From sequence record NC_073051.1: a stretch of 37,268 nt of DNA; one strand, 5' to 3'. The notes beneath the pieces are model-generated. The model saw only the letters and a list, made by a program, of their open reading frames with translations. It searched no databases and was not told the origin of the DNA. The position numbers were made by a program, and so were the translations under genes. This DNA is from Escherichia phage PEC14. Positions 1 to 7,750 of this stretch are shown in pieces (positions within the stretch are counted from its first letter, which is position 1; every line of letters starts with the position of its first letter).

Positions 1-1042
1 TCATTGCTTCTCTTTCGATGCGGAAGGTGGTGAAGCCTCTAACCAGCGCAAAGAAGCATTGCAGATTAAATACGAGCACGACCTGGACAAGCTGCACATT
101 ATCGACCTGCAGTCTCGCGGCTGGGATATCACCAGCAAGTCCGGTTTGCGCGAAGTTATCAGCTTTATCAACCGCACCGCTAACGGCGAACCTGTTGGCC
201 TGGTGGCGTTCGACTCACTCAACCAGACTGTTGCGCTGCGGTCCGCCGATGCTAAACCGTTTGACGAGAACAACGCCAGCGATATGGGTGAAGTAGTCAA
301 AGCGCTGAAAGCCATTGCGGAAAACACGGGGGGCAGTGCGGGCGTCATCCACCACCCGGCGAAGGGTGCAAACGGCAGCAGAACCCCACGCGGATCCGGC
401 GCACTGCATGGCGCTGTCGATTCCGCTTTCTTCCTGGAACAGCCGGACGACAACCAACCAGGCCAATTGAACCTGTATCACGAAAAATCACGTAACGGTA
501 TCAAGCAAGCGCCGCGTGGCTTCGTCCTGCTCAAGTGCAAGGTGAAGGTGGATCTCCGCAAGTCAGAAGCGTTCGAGGCGCACCAGTCCACCAGCACCGG
601 TCCGGACTTCGGAGACGTAGTTGCCGGTTGGGACGTCAAACCAATTGCGTCCACCCCGCGCGACGAGACTTTATACCTCGTACCGGTCGCCCTGGCACCG
701 TTCGCTATAGAACAGGCGAAGGCCGCAGGAAAAGCCGCAGTTAAGGAAGAGAACACCGCCGGACCGCGCACCGAAAAAGAAAAGGTACTTTACGCGGCCC
801 TGGAAAAACTGATGGAAGATAACCCGGACCATACTGGTTTCAGTAAATCGGCAATTGTCCGCCAGGCTGGACTCGCGAAGGGTGGCACTTCGACGAAGGC
901 AATAGACGATATGGTCGAGCGCGGCGTGATTGGTTTCTATACAGACCCGCACACCGGGGCCATATATGGGTCATCGAATTTAGTCATTAAATCGGATATC
1001 CCCATTACACTTTCTGCGACCGATGACGACCTGAAAGATTAA
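1..1042 (+). CDS. replicative primase/helicase-type ATPase, C-terminal portion (gene begins upstream of window)
   Basis: Frame of track ORF 59..1042 stays open back to nt 2 with no stop; TTG at 59 is not a credible start. RecA-fold/AAA_25-like signature VIHHPAKGANGSRTPRGSGALHGAVD seen in translation. Confidence 0.5.
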   Translation, partial: HCFSFDAEGGEASNQRKEALQIKYEHDLDKLHIIDLQSRGWDITSKSGLREVISFINRTANGEPVGLVAFDSLNQTVALRSADAKPFDENNASDMGEVVKALKAIAENTGGSAGVIHHPAKGANGSRTPRGSGALHGAVDSAFFLEQPDDNQPGQLNLYHEKSRNGIKQAPRGFVLLKCKVKVDLRKSEAFEAHQSTSTGPDFGDVVAGWDVKPIASTPRDETLYLVPVALAPFAIEQAKAAGKAAVKEENTAGPRTEKEKVLYAALEKLMEDNPDHTGFSKSAIVRQAGLAKGGTSTKAIDDMVERGVIGFYTDPHTGAIYGSSNLVIKSDIPITLSATDDDLKD

Positions 1043-1052
1043 ATTTTGCGCG

Positions 1053-1116
1053 CATTGGTTGCCATTTTGAGTGTTTTTAGCCGGTCGCATTGGTTGCCGT
1101 GTAGTGTGAATATAAT
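1053..1116 (+). promoter_or_regulatory. two copies of CATTGGTTGCC (1053-1063, 1088-1098) followed by TATAAT at 1111-1116
   Basis: Motif read directly; belongs to the ATTGGTTGC family recurring in intergenic regions of this window. Confidence 0.35.
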
Positions 1117-1149
1117 GCATAGTTATGCAATAAAACTGCATAAAGTAAG

Positions 1150-1310
1150 CGGGACAAAAAGCGGGACAGACCAGGGGCGGGACAAAGCGGGACAGCACCC
1201 CTGTCCCGCCCCGGATGACGCGGCCTGGCGGGGAGCGGGACAGGCGGGACAAAGCCCAGTCTTTCAGACTAGACGGGGGTCATTGGCCCCCCTCGTCTGA
1301 GACTGAATAA
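1150..1310 (+). repeat. copy 1 of ~160-bp duplicated element: CGGGACA heptamer array (1150-1200), 35-bp divergent core, 75-bp conserved block (1236-1310) with long imperfect palindrome 1257-1305
   Basis: Direct comparison with 17710-17870: 51-bp block identical except one base, 75-bp block identical, spacing preserved. Confidence 0.85.
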
Positions 1311-1459
1311 AATCCGGGATTGCATAATACACGGCAGCACATTGGAAATCGCGGTCGTCGCTGAACTAGGCAACCAATGCGAGATGCAGAACGGGGTGTG
1401 AAAAATGCAGTTTGCAGTCACAGCAGATAGCGATCAACTTTTTCATGCGCATGATTAAT

Positions 1460-1493
1460 ATTGGTTGCATCCATGCCAGCACCCTGCTAGATT
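1460..1493 (+). promoter_or_regulatory. candidate promoter ATTGGTTGCAT-N17-TAGATT upstream of early gene block
   Basis: TTGCAT at 1465-1470, 17-bp spacer, TAGATT at 1488-1493; about 30 bp upstream of ATG 1522. Confidence 0.4.
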
Positions 1494-1521
1494 GGTCGCA
1501 CACCAACATGAGGACTGAACG

Positions 1522-1827
1522 ATGAAAGCATTAATCTGGAATTACACAACGGCGGTGGCGAAGCTGTACGAAGCGAAGCACACAAACGGCAACGCAGACG
1601 ACGCGCGCCAGGTTGTTATCCTTGCCCAGCAGGGAATAATGAACGCGTTCGACGATATGTTTGCCAGCCTGGACGAACTGGAACCGCTGCGCGTGGCGAT
1701 CTGCGACTACGCGATGGCATTTGCCCGTGAGCGCCTGGCGTATCGCTTCGGGATCGGTGAGACGGCAGTGACAAACGTCGCCAGGATTAAAGCCCAGCGC
1801 GAACTATTCGCCCAGCTTGCGAAATAA
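1522..1827 (+). CDS. hypothetical early protein (101 aa)
   Basis: ATG preceded by GAGGA at 8-nt spacing; no recognisable motif. Confidence 0.5.
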   Translation: MKALIWNYTTAVAKLYEAKHTNGNADDARQVVILAQQGIMNAFDDMFASLDELEPLRVAICDYAMAFARERLAYRFGIGETAVTNVARIKAQRELFAQLAK

Positions 1828-1836
1828 GGGGCCAAA

Positions 1837-2106
1837 ATGGACCGCAGACGAGCTAAACAGCTTTCGTGGCATATTCCGCTGCATTGCATACGAATATGGG
1901 CGCAGAATGCGGTTGAGGGCGATTCTGTGTTCTGGTGCTATCGCGACGATGTGAAGCCATTAACGCAGACTCGCTATCTGCACCAGTTCGCCAGGGAGCA
2001 TGGGCTTGCCATAAAAACGTCCTTGCAACCAATTGGCATCCGTATTACATTACGCCGGAAGCCCGCAGTCGAGCGGGTAGGCAAACACTGGAGACTGAGC
2101 AAATGA
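1837..2106 (+). CDS. hypothetical protein (89 aa)
   Basis: ATG with AAGGGG SD; stop overlaps next start as ATGA. Confidence 0.4.
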   Translation: MDRRRAKQLSWHIPLHCIRIWAQNAVEGDSVFWCYRDDVKPLTQTRYLHQFAREHGLAIKTSLQPIGIRITLRRKPAVERVGKHWRLSK

Positions 2107-2636
2107 AATTACTATTCCGCCGCAAATCCGACGGCAAAATTCTCAGGCCAATACAGACCCTGGCCGCACACGTGCGCCTACACCACGCCGCAAGCGATCG
2201 GGTCTGGTGGGAGTCAAAAGCTAAACTGCCGGAGAAATACGATATCGTCACGCATGATATCGAGCGCGGCGATGTGCTGCGTGATATTCGCGACGGTAGT
2301 ATGCGGATCGTCGAGTATGTCGGTCTTCATGGTCTGCGTATGCAGAACCGCAAGGATGGCGTCGCCGGTATGACTTACTTCGGCCTTGTCAACTACGAAC
2401 GAGTGGGCCGCAAATACAGCCTTAGGGACCGCCAGCAGAATGGGCGCGCCTACGCGACCTACGACTCCCACCAGGTGCAGGCGAAGATGGGCAACGCAGT
2501 ACGCCAAATCGTCAACCGCTTTGATGCCGTGACGAACGCACAGCGCCATGCGCAGGAATATGGCGTTGGATTCATCCAGGTGGAACGAGACGGCAGCATG
2601 AAAGCCATCGACCCGCGCTCGGTGATTCTGAAATGA
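2103..2636 (+). CDS. hypothetical protein (177 aa)
   Basis: Start moved to internal ATG (MKLLFRRK) that forms ATGA overlap with the upstream stop; the track GTG at 1935 would overlap the previous gene out of frame. Confidence 0.5.
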   Translation: MKLLFRRKSDGKILRPIQTLAAHVRLHHAASDRVWWESKAKLPEKYDIVTHDIERGDVLRDIRDGSMRIVEYVGLHGLRMQNRKDGVAGMTYFGLVNYERVGRKYSLRDRQQNGRAYATYDSHQVQAKMGNAVRQIVNRFDAVTNAQRHAQEYGVGFIQVERDGSMKAIDPRSVILK

Positions 2637-2757
2637 GTGCGACTATCCGTGATATGCTTCAGCATAACCGCTTTGAGATAGGCGGTAGGGTGTTTCGCAA
2701 TTACTTCGTGGCGCGTGCATGGGCGCGCCATATTGGCAAACCGGAAGGGGCAATTCG

Positions 2758-3045
2758 ATGTTACACGATGTGATTTATTGGTTTGGTTTGATCTGCGGGT
2801 TGTGCCTGCTTACCGCGGTGCTGTTGGGCGTTCTGATGTTCGTAGTATGGCCCGCTGTGGAAGCCGCCAGCATTACCCGCATGACGTTCGAGATCTACAA
2901 GCGCCGTGGAATAACGGAGCACCCGACCAGGTTGCGCATGTGGTGGCTGTGGTATCGGGATATGATAGGCGGTCGAACATTCGAAGCCGTCCGATCATCC
3001 GGGTGGGAGTGGAAAGGCGTCGGCAAGTGGTCCATTTTCGATTAA
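2758..3045 (+). CDS. small membrane protein (95 aa)
   Basis: Hydrophobic N-terminal segment WFGLICGLCLLTAVLLGVLMFVVW; start chosen at ATG 2758 with GGAAGGGG upstream. Confidence 0.45.
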   Translation: MLHDVIYWFGLICGLCLLTAVLLGVLMFVVWPAVEAASITRMTFEIYKRRGITEHPTRLRMWWLWYRDMIGGRTFEAVRSSGWEWKGVGKWSIFD

Positions 3046-3065
3046 TTATGCAAGCGTGATATAAT

Positions 3066-3097
3066 CCCAGTGAGATAAAACTTACTGGGACTTTTTT
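3066..3097 (+). terminator. rho-independent terminator (hairpin + T6) directly upstream of the holin start
   Basis: cccagtgagataaaacttactggg followed by tttttt. Confidence 0.6.
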
Positions 3098-3388
3098 ATG
3101 GATAAGCTAAACGAGTGGTTATTCGCCCTTGCGTGTCTGGCTGGCGGCTTCGTAGGCGCACGCATTCATGGCGAGGCTACGAAAGGGCCGCTAAACTTCG
3201 TTTTGTATGTTGTAGTTGGCTTCCTGTGTGCCATATTTGGCGCACCGGCTATCGCTGAGTGGGCTGGTTTGTCGGGTGAGCGCACTGTCGCCGGTTTAGG
3301 CTTCGTAACCGCGATCTTCTGGATGCCAATCGCCGACCGGATCAGGGAGACTATTGCGTCGTTCCTACTTCCGGGGGGTGCAAAATGA
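3098..3388 (+). CDS. putative holin (96 aa, three hydrophobic segments)
   Basis: Three predicted TM stretches; immediately upstream of lysozyme gene. Confidence 0.5.
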   Translation: MDKLNEWLFALACLAGGFVGARIHGEATKGPLNFVLYVVVGFLCAIFGAPAIAEWAGLSGERTVAGLGFVTAIFWMPIADRIRETIASFLLPGGAK

Positions 3389-3630
3389 TTATCTCCGTCC
3401 TGTTGTTTGTTATCATAGGGGCTTCGTCCCTGTTTAACGTATATGCGCCGTCCGTTCAGGATGGTATCTTAGGCCGGGTGCTGTATCTGTTAACGGCAAT
3501 GATCTGTCTTATCGGATTGTTGCAAACAGGAGACGTATCTGATACCACCTGGACCGCGTTAATCTGGCTGTTTGCATTGCGCACCCTGCGTAATGCTGTT
3601 TTGAATGGGGTAAAACATGCGATTCAGTGA
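3385..3630 (+). CDS. small membrane protein, holin/antiholin-like (81 aa)
   Basis: Two or three hydrophobic segments; overlaps neighbours on both sides within the lysis cassette. Confidence 0.45.
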   Translation: MIISVLLFVIIGASSLFNVYAPSVQDGILGRVLYLLTAMICLIGLLQTGDVSDTTWTALIWLFALRTLRNAVLNGVKHAIQ

Positions 3631-4108
3631 CAACGGTCTACGATTTACGGCAGCCTGGGAGGCTTTCAGCCCGGTGCCGTATTTCGCGACCAAGAAAGAG
3701 CAGGCCCGCGGCCTGTACACCTGGGGTTATGGTCATACCGGCACTAATCCGCCTCGAAGCATTACCCGCGAGGAAGCGCTGGCACTTCTCAAGCGCGATG
3801 TGGCGTATGCCGAGGATTGGGTGAACAAATACGCACATCCGAGCATTAACCAGGCGCAATTCGACGCGCTGGTGGACCTGGTAATCAATGCCGGTCCGGG
3901 GCCGATCGTACCGGATGACGTCGCGAATGATTTCGATGATGCGGTGCGACTGGGAGACTGGGCGAAGGTCCGTGCTACTCTGCCGCAGTTCCGCAAGCAA
4001 GGTGGGGAAGTGCTTAAGGGTCTGGTACGCCGTGCAATCGGCAGACAGGCGTTGTTTGATGGTAAGCAGTGGGACGTTGCCGAGAAAATCGGGCGTAACG
4101 CTGCATAA
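3617..4108 (+). CDS. endolysin, phage lysozyme family
   Basis: Lysozyme-like N-terminal signature GLRFTAAWEAFSPVPY...LYTWGYGHTG; 163 aa; follows the holin-like genes. Confidence 0.75.
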   Translation: MRFSDNGLRFTAAWEAFSPVPYFATKKEQARGLYTWGYGHTGTNPPRSITREEALALLKRDVAYAEDWVNKYAHPSINQAQFDALVDLVINAGPGPIVPDDVANDFDDAVRLGDWAKVRATLPQFRKQGGEVLKGLVRRAIGRQALFDGKQWDVAEKIGRNAA

Positions 4109-4124
4109 TACGAGGTAACACAGT

Positions 4125-4292
4125 ATGTTAAAAAGCATTCTTGATCATAACGCCGACGCGCTCGCCGCGCTGGCTAAAACCGAAGACCCCGGCGCCCGCG
4201 CTATCATCGCGGACACTATCAACCACGCTGGGGTCTTCGATGCGAAGCTGCCAAGCCCACCACCGCAGGATGCATCCGGCCACGCAGCGTAA
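4125..4292 (+). CDS. small hypothetical protein (55 aa), not in ORF track
   Basis: ATG with GAGGT SD 9 nt upstream, translated by eye; followed by a strong terminator. Confidence 0.3.
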   Translation: MLKSILDHNADALAALAKTEDPGARAIIADTINHAGVFDAKLPSPPPQDASGHAA

Positions 4293-4298
4293 ACAATT

Positions 4299-4326
4299 AA
4301 GCCCGGTTAATTCCGGGCTTTTTATT
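4299..4326 (+). terminator. rho-independent terminator
   Basis: aagcccggttaattccgggctt followed by ttttatt. Confidence 0.7.
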
Positions 4327-4387
4327 GCTTGACTCGCAACCAACATAGACGCCATACTGCGACCAATCAACGAGAGGAGTAATCAAG

Positions 4388-4468
4388 ATGGCACGTAAAG
4401 ATATTTGGGTATTAGCGATCTGGACCACCGCGGCTTTTATCGGCATGGTTATTTGCGAATTGATATAG
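4388..4468 (+). CDS. 26-aa hydrophobic peptide (MARKDIWVLAIWTTAAFIGMVICELI) with strong SD
   Basis: GAGGAG 8 nt upstream of ATG; single TM-like span. Confidence 0.3.
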   Translation: MARKDIWVLAIWTTAAFIGMVICELI

Positions 4469-4481
4469 CCCGCCGCCATAC

Positions 4482-4507
4482 GGACCGTGGTATATTGTCC
4501 ACGGTCC
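4482..4507. other. perfect 9-bp inverted repeat GGACCGTGG-N8-CCACGGTCC without T-tract
   Basis: Read directly; loop contains TGGTATATT. Confidence 0.6.
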
Positions 4508-4529
4508 ACTAATCAGGAATTAATTAAAT

Positions 4530-5672
4530 ATGCACCCGCAAACTAAAATTACCGATGAGCAATTGATCGCAGAAATTCAGGCAGGGACTACGGTTAAAGA
4601 GATTGCGAAGAAATACGGGATTGCCCTGCGCAATGTCTATATGCGCAAAGCCCGCCTGTCGAAAAAGGGAATTGGTCACGGCAATGATGCCGTGATCCGT
4701 AAGCGCGTTGCCGATGGTTTTGGGGTTAAGCGCGTATCGGCCCTGGTGCGCGGAAATGGCGAAGAGGTCATGTCGTGGGTCATCACTGAGCAGGACAAGG
4801 AGCGCCAACTCGAAGCTATGCGCGCTGTTGTCGAGGGTATGAACAGCGAAATCACACCGGCAGCGCCTGTAAACGCCCCGCCAGTACCGATCCAGGCGCT
4901 CGACTTGCTCAACCTGTACACCGTGTCAGACTTTCACCTGGGAATGCTGGCATGGGGTGAGGAGACTGGCGAAGACTGGGATATGGCGATCGCCGAAGAC
5001 TTGTTCTACCGCTGGTTTGTCGAAGCCTTCGCCCGCGCACCGGACGCAGGCACTGCCGTTATCAATATCCTCGGGGATATGGCCCACTTTGATAGCCTGG
5101 ATGCAGTCACCCCGGCAAGCGGTCACGTACTGGACGCCGACACCCGCTACCAGAAACTGGTCCGATACATGATTCGCATGGTGCGCAACGTCGTAGAACT
5201 TGCGCTGCAAAAACACCACAAAGTCAAACTGCTAATCGTCCAGGGTAATCATGACGAATCCGGTATGATTTGGCTTGCTGAGATGTTCAATACCTTGTAT
5301 GAGAACGAGCCGCGCGTCGATGTGGACACGTCCCCGGACGTCTACAAAATGGTGCAGCACGGTAAGACTACGCTATTTTTCCACCACGGGCACAAAGCGC
5401 GATTCGATGTTATCGAGCAGGTTATGATCGCTAAATTCAGACAGGCGTTCGGGTCGAGCGAATACAGCTACGCGCACGTAGGCCATTTGCACCACCAGAA
5501 GATTGTTGAATCCCGCAACATGATTGTTGAACAGCACCGGACGCTCGCAGCGAAAGACGCCTACGCCAGTCGTGGCGGTTGGATGTCTGGTCGCAGCGCC
5601 AACGTCATTACCTACAGCGCCAACTACGGCGAAGTAGCGCGCTTAACCATTAGCCCAGAAATGTTGAAGTAA
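4530..5672 (+). CDS. HTH domain fused to calcineurin-like metallophosphoesterase
   Basis: N-terminal helix-turn-helix-like segment (TVKEIAKKYGIALRNVYMRKARL); phosphoesterase motifs in order DFH, GDMAHFD, GNHDE, HHGH, GHLHH. Confidence 0.65.
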   Translation: MHPQTKITDEQLIAEIQAGTTVKEIAKKYGIALRNVYMRKARLSKKGIGHGNDAVIRKRVADGFGVKRVSALVRGNGEEVMSWVITEQDKERQLEAMRAVVEGMNSEITPAAPVNAPPVPIQALDLLNLYTVSDFHLGMLAWGEETGEDWDMAIAEDLFYRWFVEAFARAPDAGTAVINILGDMAHFDSLDAVTPASGHVLDADTRYQKLVRYMIRMVRNVVELALQKHHKVKLLIVQGNHDESGMIWLAEMFNTLYENEPRVDVDTSPDVYKMVQHGKTTLFFHHGHKARFDVIEQVMIAKFRQAFGSSEYSYAHVGHLHHQKIVESRNMIVEQHRTLAAKDAYASRGGWMSGRSANVITYSANYGEVARLTISPEMLK

Positions 5673-5692
5673 CGACAACCAGTAATCCTCCC

Positions 5693-5719
5693 AGCCTGCC
5701 GATTTGGTGGGCTTTTTTG
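5693..5719 (+). terminator. probable terminator (8-bp stem with two G-U pairs + T-run)
   Basis: agcctgcc gattt ggtgggct then ttttttg. Confidence 0.4.
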
Positions 5720-5732
5720 TGCCTGTTATAAT
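5704..5732 (+). promoter_or_regulatory. sigma70-like promoter with extended -10 (TTGGTG-N17-TGT-TATAAT) ahead of terminase genes
   Basis: Hexamers and spacing read directly; overlaps the preceding terminator. Confidence 0.4.
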
Positions 5733-5802
5733 CCCCATTAGATGGCAGGGCCGTCTCCTATGTTGCCGATGGTCGGCGCATATGAACAAAAGGGCTTATA
5801 TC

Positions 5803-6354
5803 ATGGCAGAAATCAAAGTTAAGGGCCGACGCGCCAAACTGGACGGACGAGTCGCAGTTACCCCGCGCCGTAAACCCGGCGAGCAAACCGAGCATACCAA
5901 TCTCGGACCTGAAATCGAGTACGGAAAGCGCCGTAAAGGCGGCAAATGTGGACGCCCTACTGACTACCGATCCGTTTACTGCGACCAGCTTCGCCGCTAT
6001 TTTGCCGACGCCGACGCCTGGCAGGTCAACTACTCCGATAAAGGCGCTGCGCAAGTAATACCCCGCAACAAAATGCCAACCTTCGGTCGATTTGCCGCGG
6101 AAATCGGCGTGGGCGTAGCTTGCCTGTATCGCTGGGCGCGTGCGCATGAGGAGTTCGCTGAGGCGATGGCGGACGCAATGGAGTTACAAAAAACCTTCCT
6201 GATGGAAGCTGGTGGCGTAACCATCGCGGCGGGCTTCGCTACATTCCTGCTTAAAGCAAACCACGGCGTCCGCGACGATGTGCCGCTGGATGACGACGAA
6301 GATGATAACGGCGACGTCGTTGTGGAGCCTACCGGCAAAGGCCAGGGTGAATAA
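5803..6354 (+). CDS. terminase small subunit
   Basis: Directly upstream of, and overlapping, the large terminase start; HTH-like segment; acidic C-terminus. Start chosen at internal ATG (MAEIKVKG). Confidence 0.55.
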   Translation: MAEIKVKGRRAKLDGRVAVTPRRKPGEQTEHTNLGPEIEYGKRRKGGKCGRPTDYRSVYCDQLRRYFADADAWQVNYSDKGAAQVIPRNKMPTFGRFAAEIGVGVACLYRWARAHEEFAEAMADAMELQKTFLMEAGGVTIAAGFATFLLKANHGVRDDVPLDDDEDDNGDVVVEPTGKGQGE

Positions 6355-7739
6355 TGCGTAACTATGCGGCAGAACACCGCGCCCTTGAACGAGCGATCGC
6401 AAAGCGAAACAGACCGCCGCGCCCGACACGCGTTGCGCAGGCCGTCCGCCTTTACCGGCCAGATTGCTTGCCGCACCAGGTTGAACTACTGCGCGACACG
6501 AAGACTAAAATCCTCGGCCTGTGTTCCGGCTTCGGCGGTGGAAAGTCGTGGGTCGCTGCGCGTAAGGTCATCCAGCTTTTAACCCTGAACCCCGGTCATG
6601 ACGGCATCGTTACAGAACCGACTATTCCCCTTCTGGTTAAAATCATGTACCCGGAATTGGAAAAGGCGTTTGATGAGGCTGGATTCCGGTGGAAGTTCAA
6701 TAAGCAGGACAAGATCTATAACGTGCTGGTGAAAGGGAAATGGACCCGCGTTATCTGTGAATCAATGGAAAACTATACCCGCCTGATCGGGGTCAACGCC
6801 GCGTGGATTGTTGCCGATGAATTCGACACTACGAAGCAAGACGTCGCGCTGGCGGCATATCACAAACTGCTCGGTCGTCTGCGTGCGGGCTTCGTCCGCC
6901 AGTTCGTCATCGTGTCAACGCCTGAAGGCTACCGGGCGATGTACCAAATTTTCGAGGTGGAGAAAGACAACCAGAAACGCTTGATCCGGGCGAAGACCAC
7001 GGACAACCACCATTTACCGGCAGACTTTATCGACACGCTGCGTAGTCAGTACCCAGCTAACCTGATCGACGCGTACTTGAACGGCCTGTTTGTTAACCTT
7101 ACGTCGGGCGCGGTATACAAGATGTTTAACCGTGAGGAGAACGCAAGCACCGAAGAAGTGCAGCCGGAAGACACGCTGATTATCGGTATGGACTTTAACG
7201 TCACGAAGATGGCGGCGGTTGTGTACGTCAGACGGCAGCGAGTCACCGAGAACAAGGAGTTCCGCGACGAGATTCACGCGGTGGGCGAATTTGTGGACCT
7301 ATTTGATACCCCGGCTATGATTGAGGCGATCGAGGAGCGCTACCCCGATCATTGTGCTGCCGGTCGTGTTGTCGTTTACCCGGATAGCAGCGGCAAATCA
7401 CGCAAGACGGTCAACGCGTCGTCGTCCGATATCGCGCAACTGGAAGACGCAGGCTTTGATGTGGAGTATGACAGCGTTAACCCGCCTGTTAAAGACCGAT
7501 TGATCGCGATGAATACGATGATGTGCAACTCGAAGGGCGTGCGCCAGTATTTTGTCAACCTGGATAAATGCCCTACACTAGCGAAATGTCTGGAACAGCA
7601 GGTGTACGACCTGAAGAAAGGCGAACCGGATAAAACTGCCGGTGTGGACCACATGAATGACGCGGCGGGCTACCCTATTGCGCACTTGTTCCCTGTGATT
7701 CGTCCGATCGCCGTTGTTCCAGCCGTAGAATTCTACTAA
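6354..7739 (+). CDS. terminase large subunit
   Basis: Walker A GLCSGFGGGKS near N-terminus; 461 aa; followed by portal-sized gene. Confidence 0.8.
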   Translation: MRNYAAEHRALERAIAKRNRPPRPTRVAQAVRLYRPDCLPHQVELLRDTKTKILGLCSGFGGGKSWVAARKVIQLLTLNPGHDGIVTEPTIPLLVKIMYPELEKAFDEAGFRWKFNKQDKIYNVLVKGKWTRVICESMENYTRLIGVNAAWIVADEFDTTKQDVALAAYHKLLGRLRAGFVRQFVIVSTPEGYRAMYQIFEVEKDNQKRLIRAKTTDNHHLPADFIDTLRSQYPANLIDAYLNGLFVNLTSGAVYKMFNREENASTEEVQPEDTLIIGMDFNVTKMAAVVYVRRQRVTENKEFRDEIHAVGEFVDLFDTPAMIEAIEERYPDHCAAGRVVVYPDSSGKSRKTVNASSSDIAQLEDAGFDVEYDSVNPPVKDRLIAMNTMMCNSKGVRQYFVNLDKCPTLAKCLEQQVYDLKKGEPDKTAGVDHMNDAAGYPIAHLFPVIRPIAVVPAVEFY

Positions 7740-7750
7740 GGAAACCGACC

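Noticed and set aside
1-453. 150-aa minus-strand ORF at the window start
   Set aside because: Antisense to the open primase/helicase-type frame that carries recognisable ATPase motifs.
1046-1300. 84-aa plus-strand ORF spanning the CGGGACA repeat element
   Set aside because: Composed almost entirely of the repeat units (GRDKAGQ...), no SD, and the same element occurs non-coding at 17553-17870.
1257-1305. Long imperfect palindrome in the conserved block as a rho-independent terminator
   Set aside because: No T-tract follows on either strand; the following bases are AATAA / GGTTTG.
2633-2773. 46-aa plus-strand ORF overlapping the end of 2103..2636 and the start of 2758..3045
   Set aside because: Weak SD and it overlaps the next gene start by about 16 nt. 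My base-by-base reading near 2580 also disagreed with the ORF track by one nucleotide, so I do not trust the exact frame.
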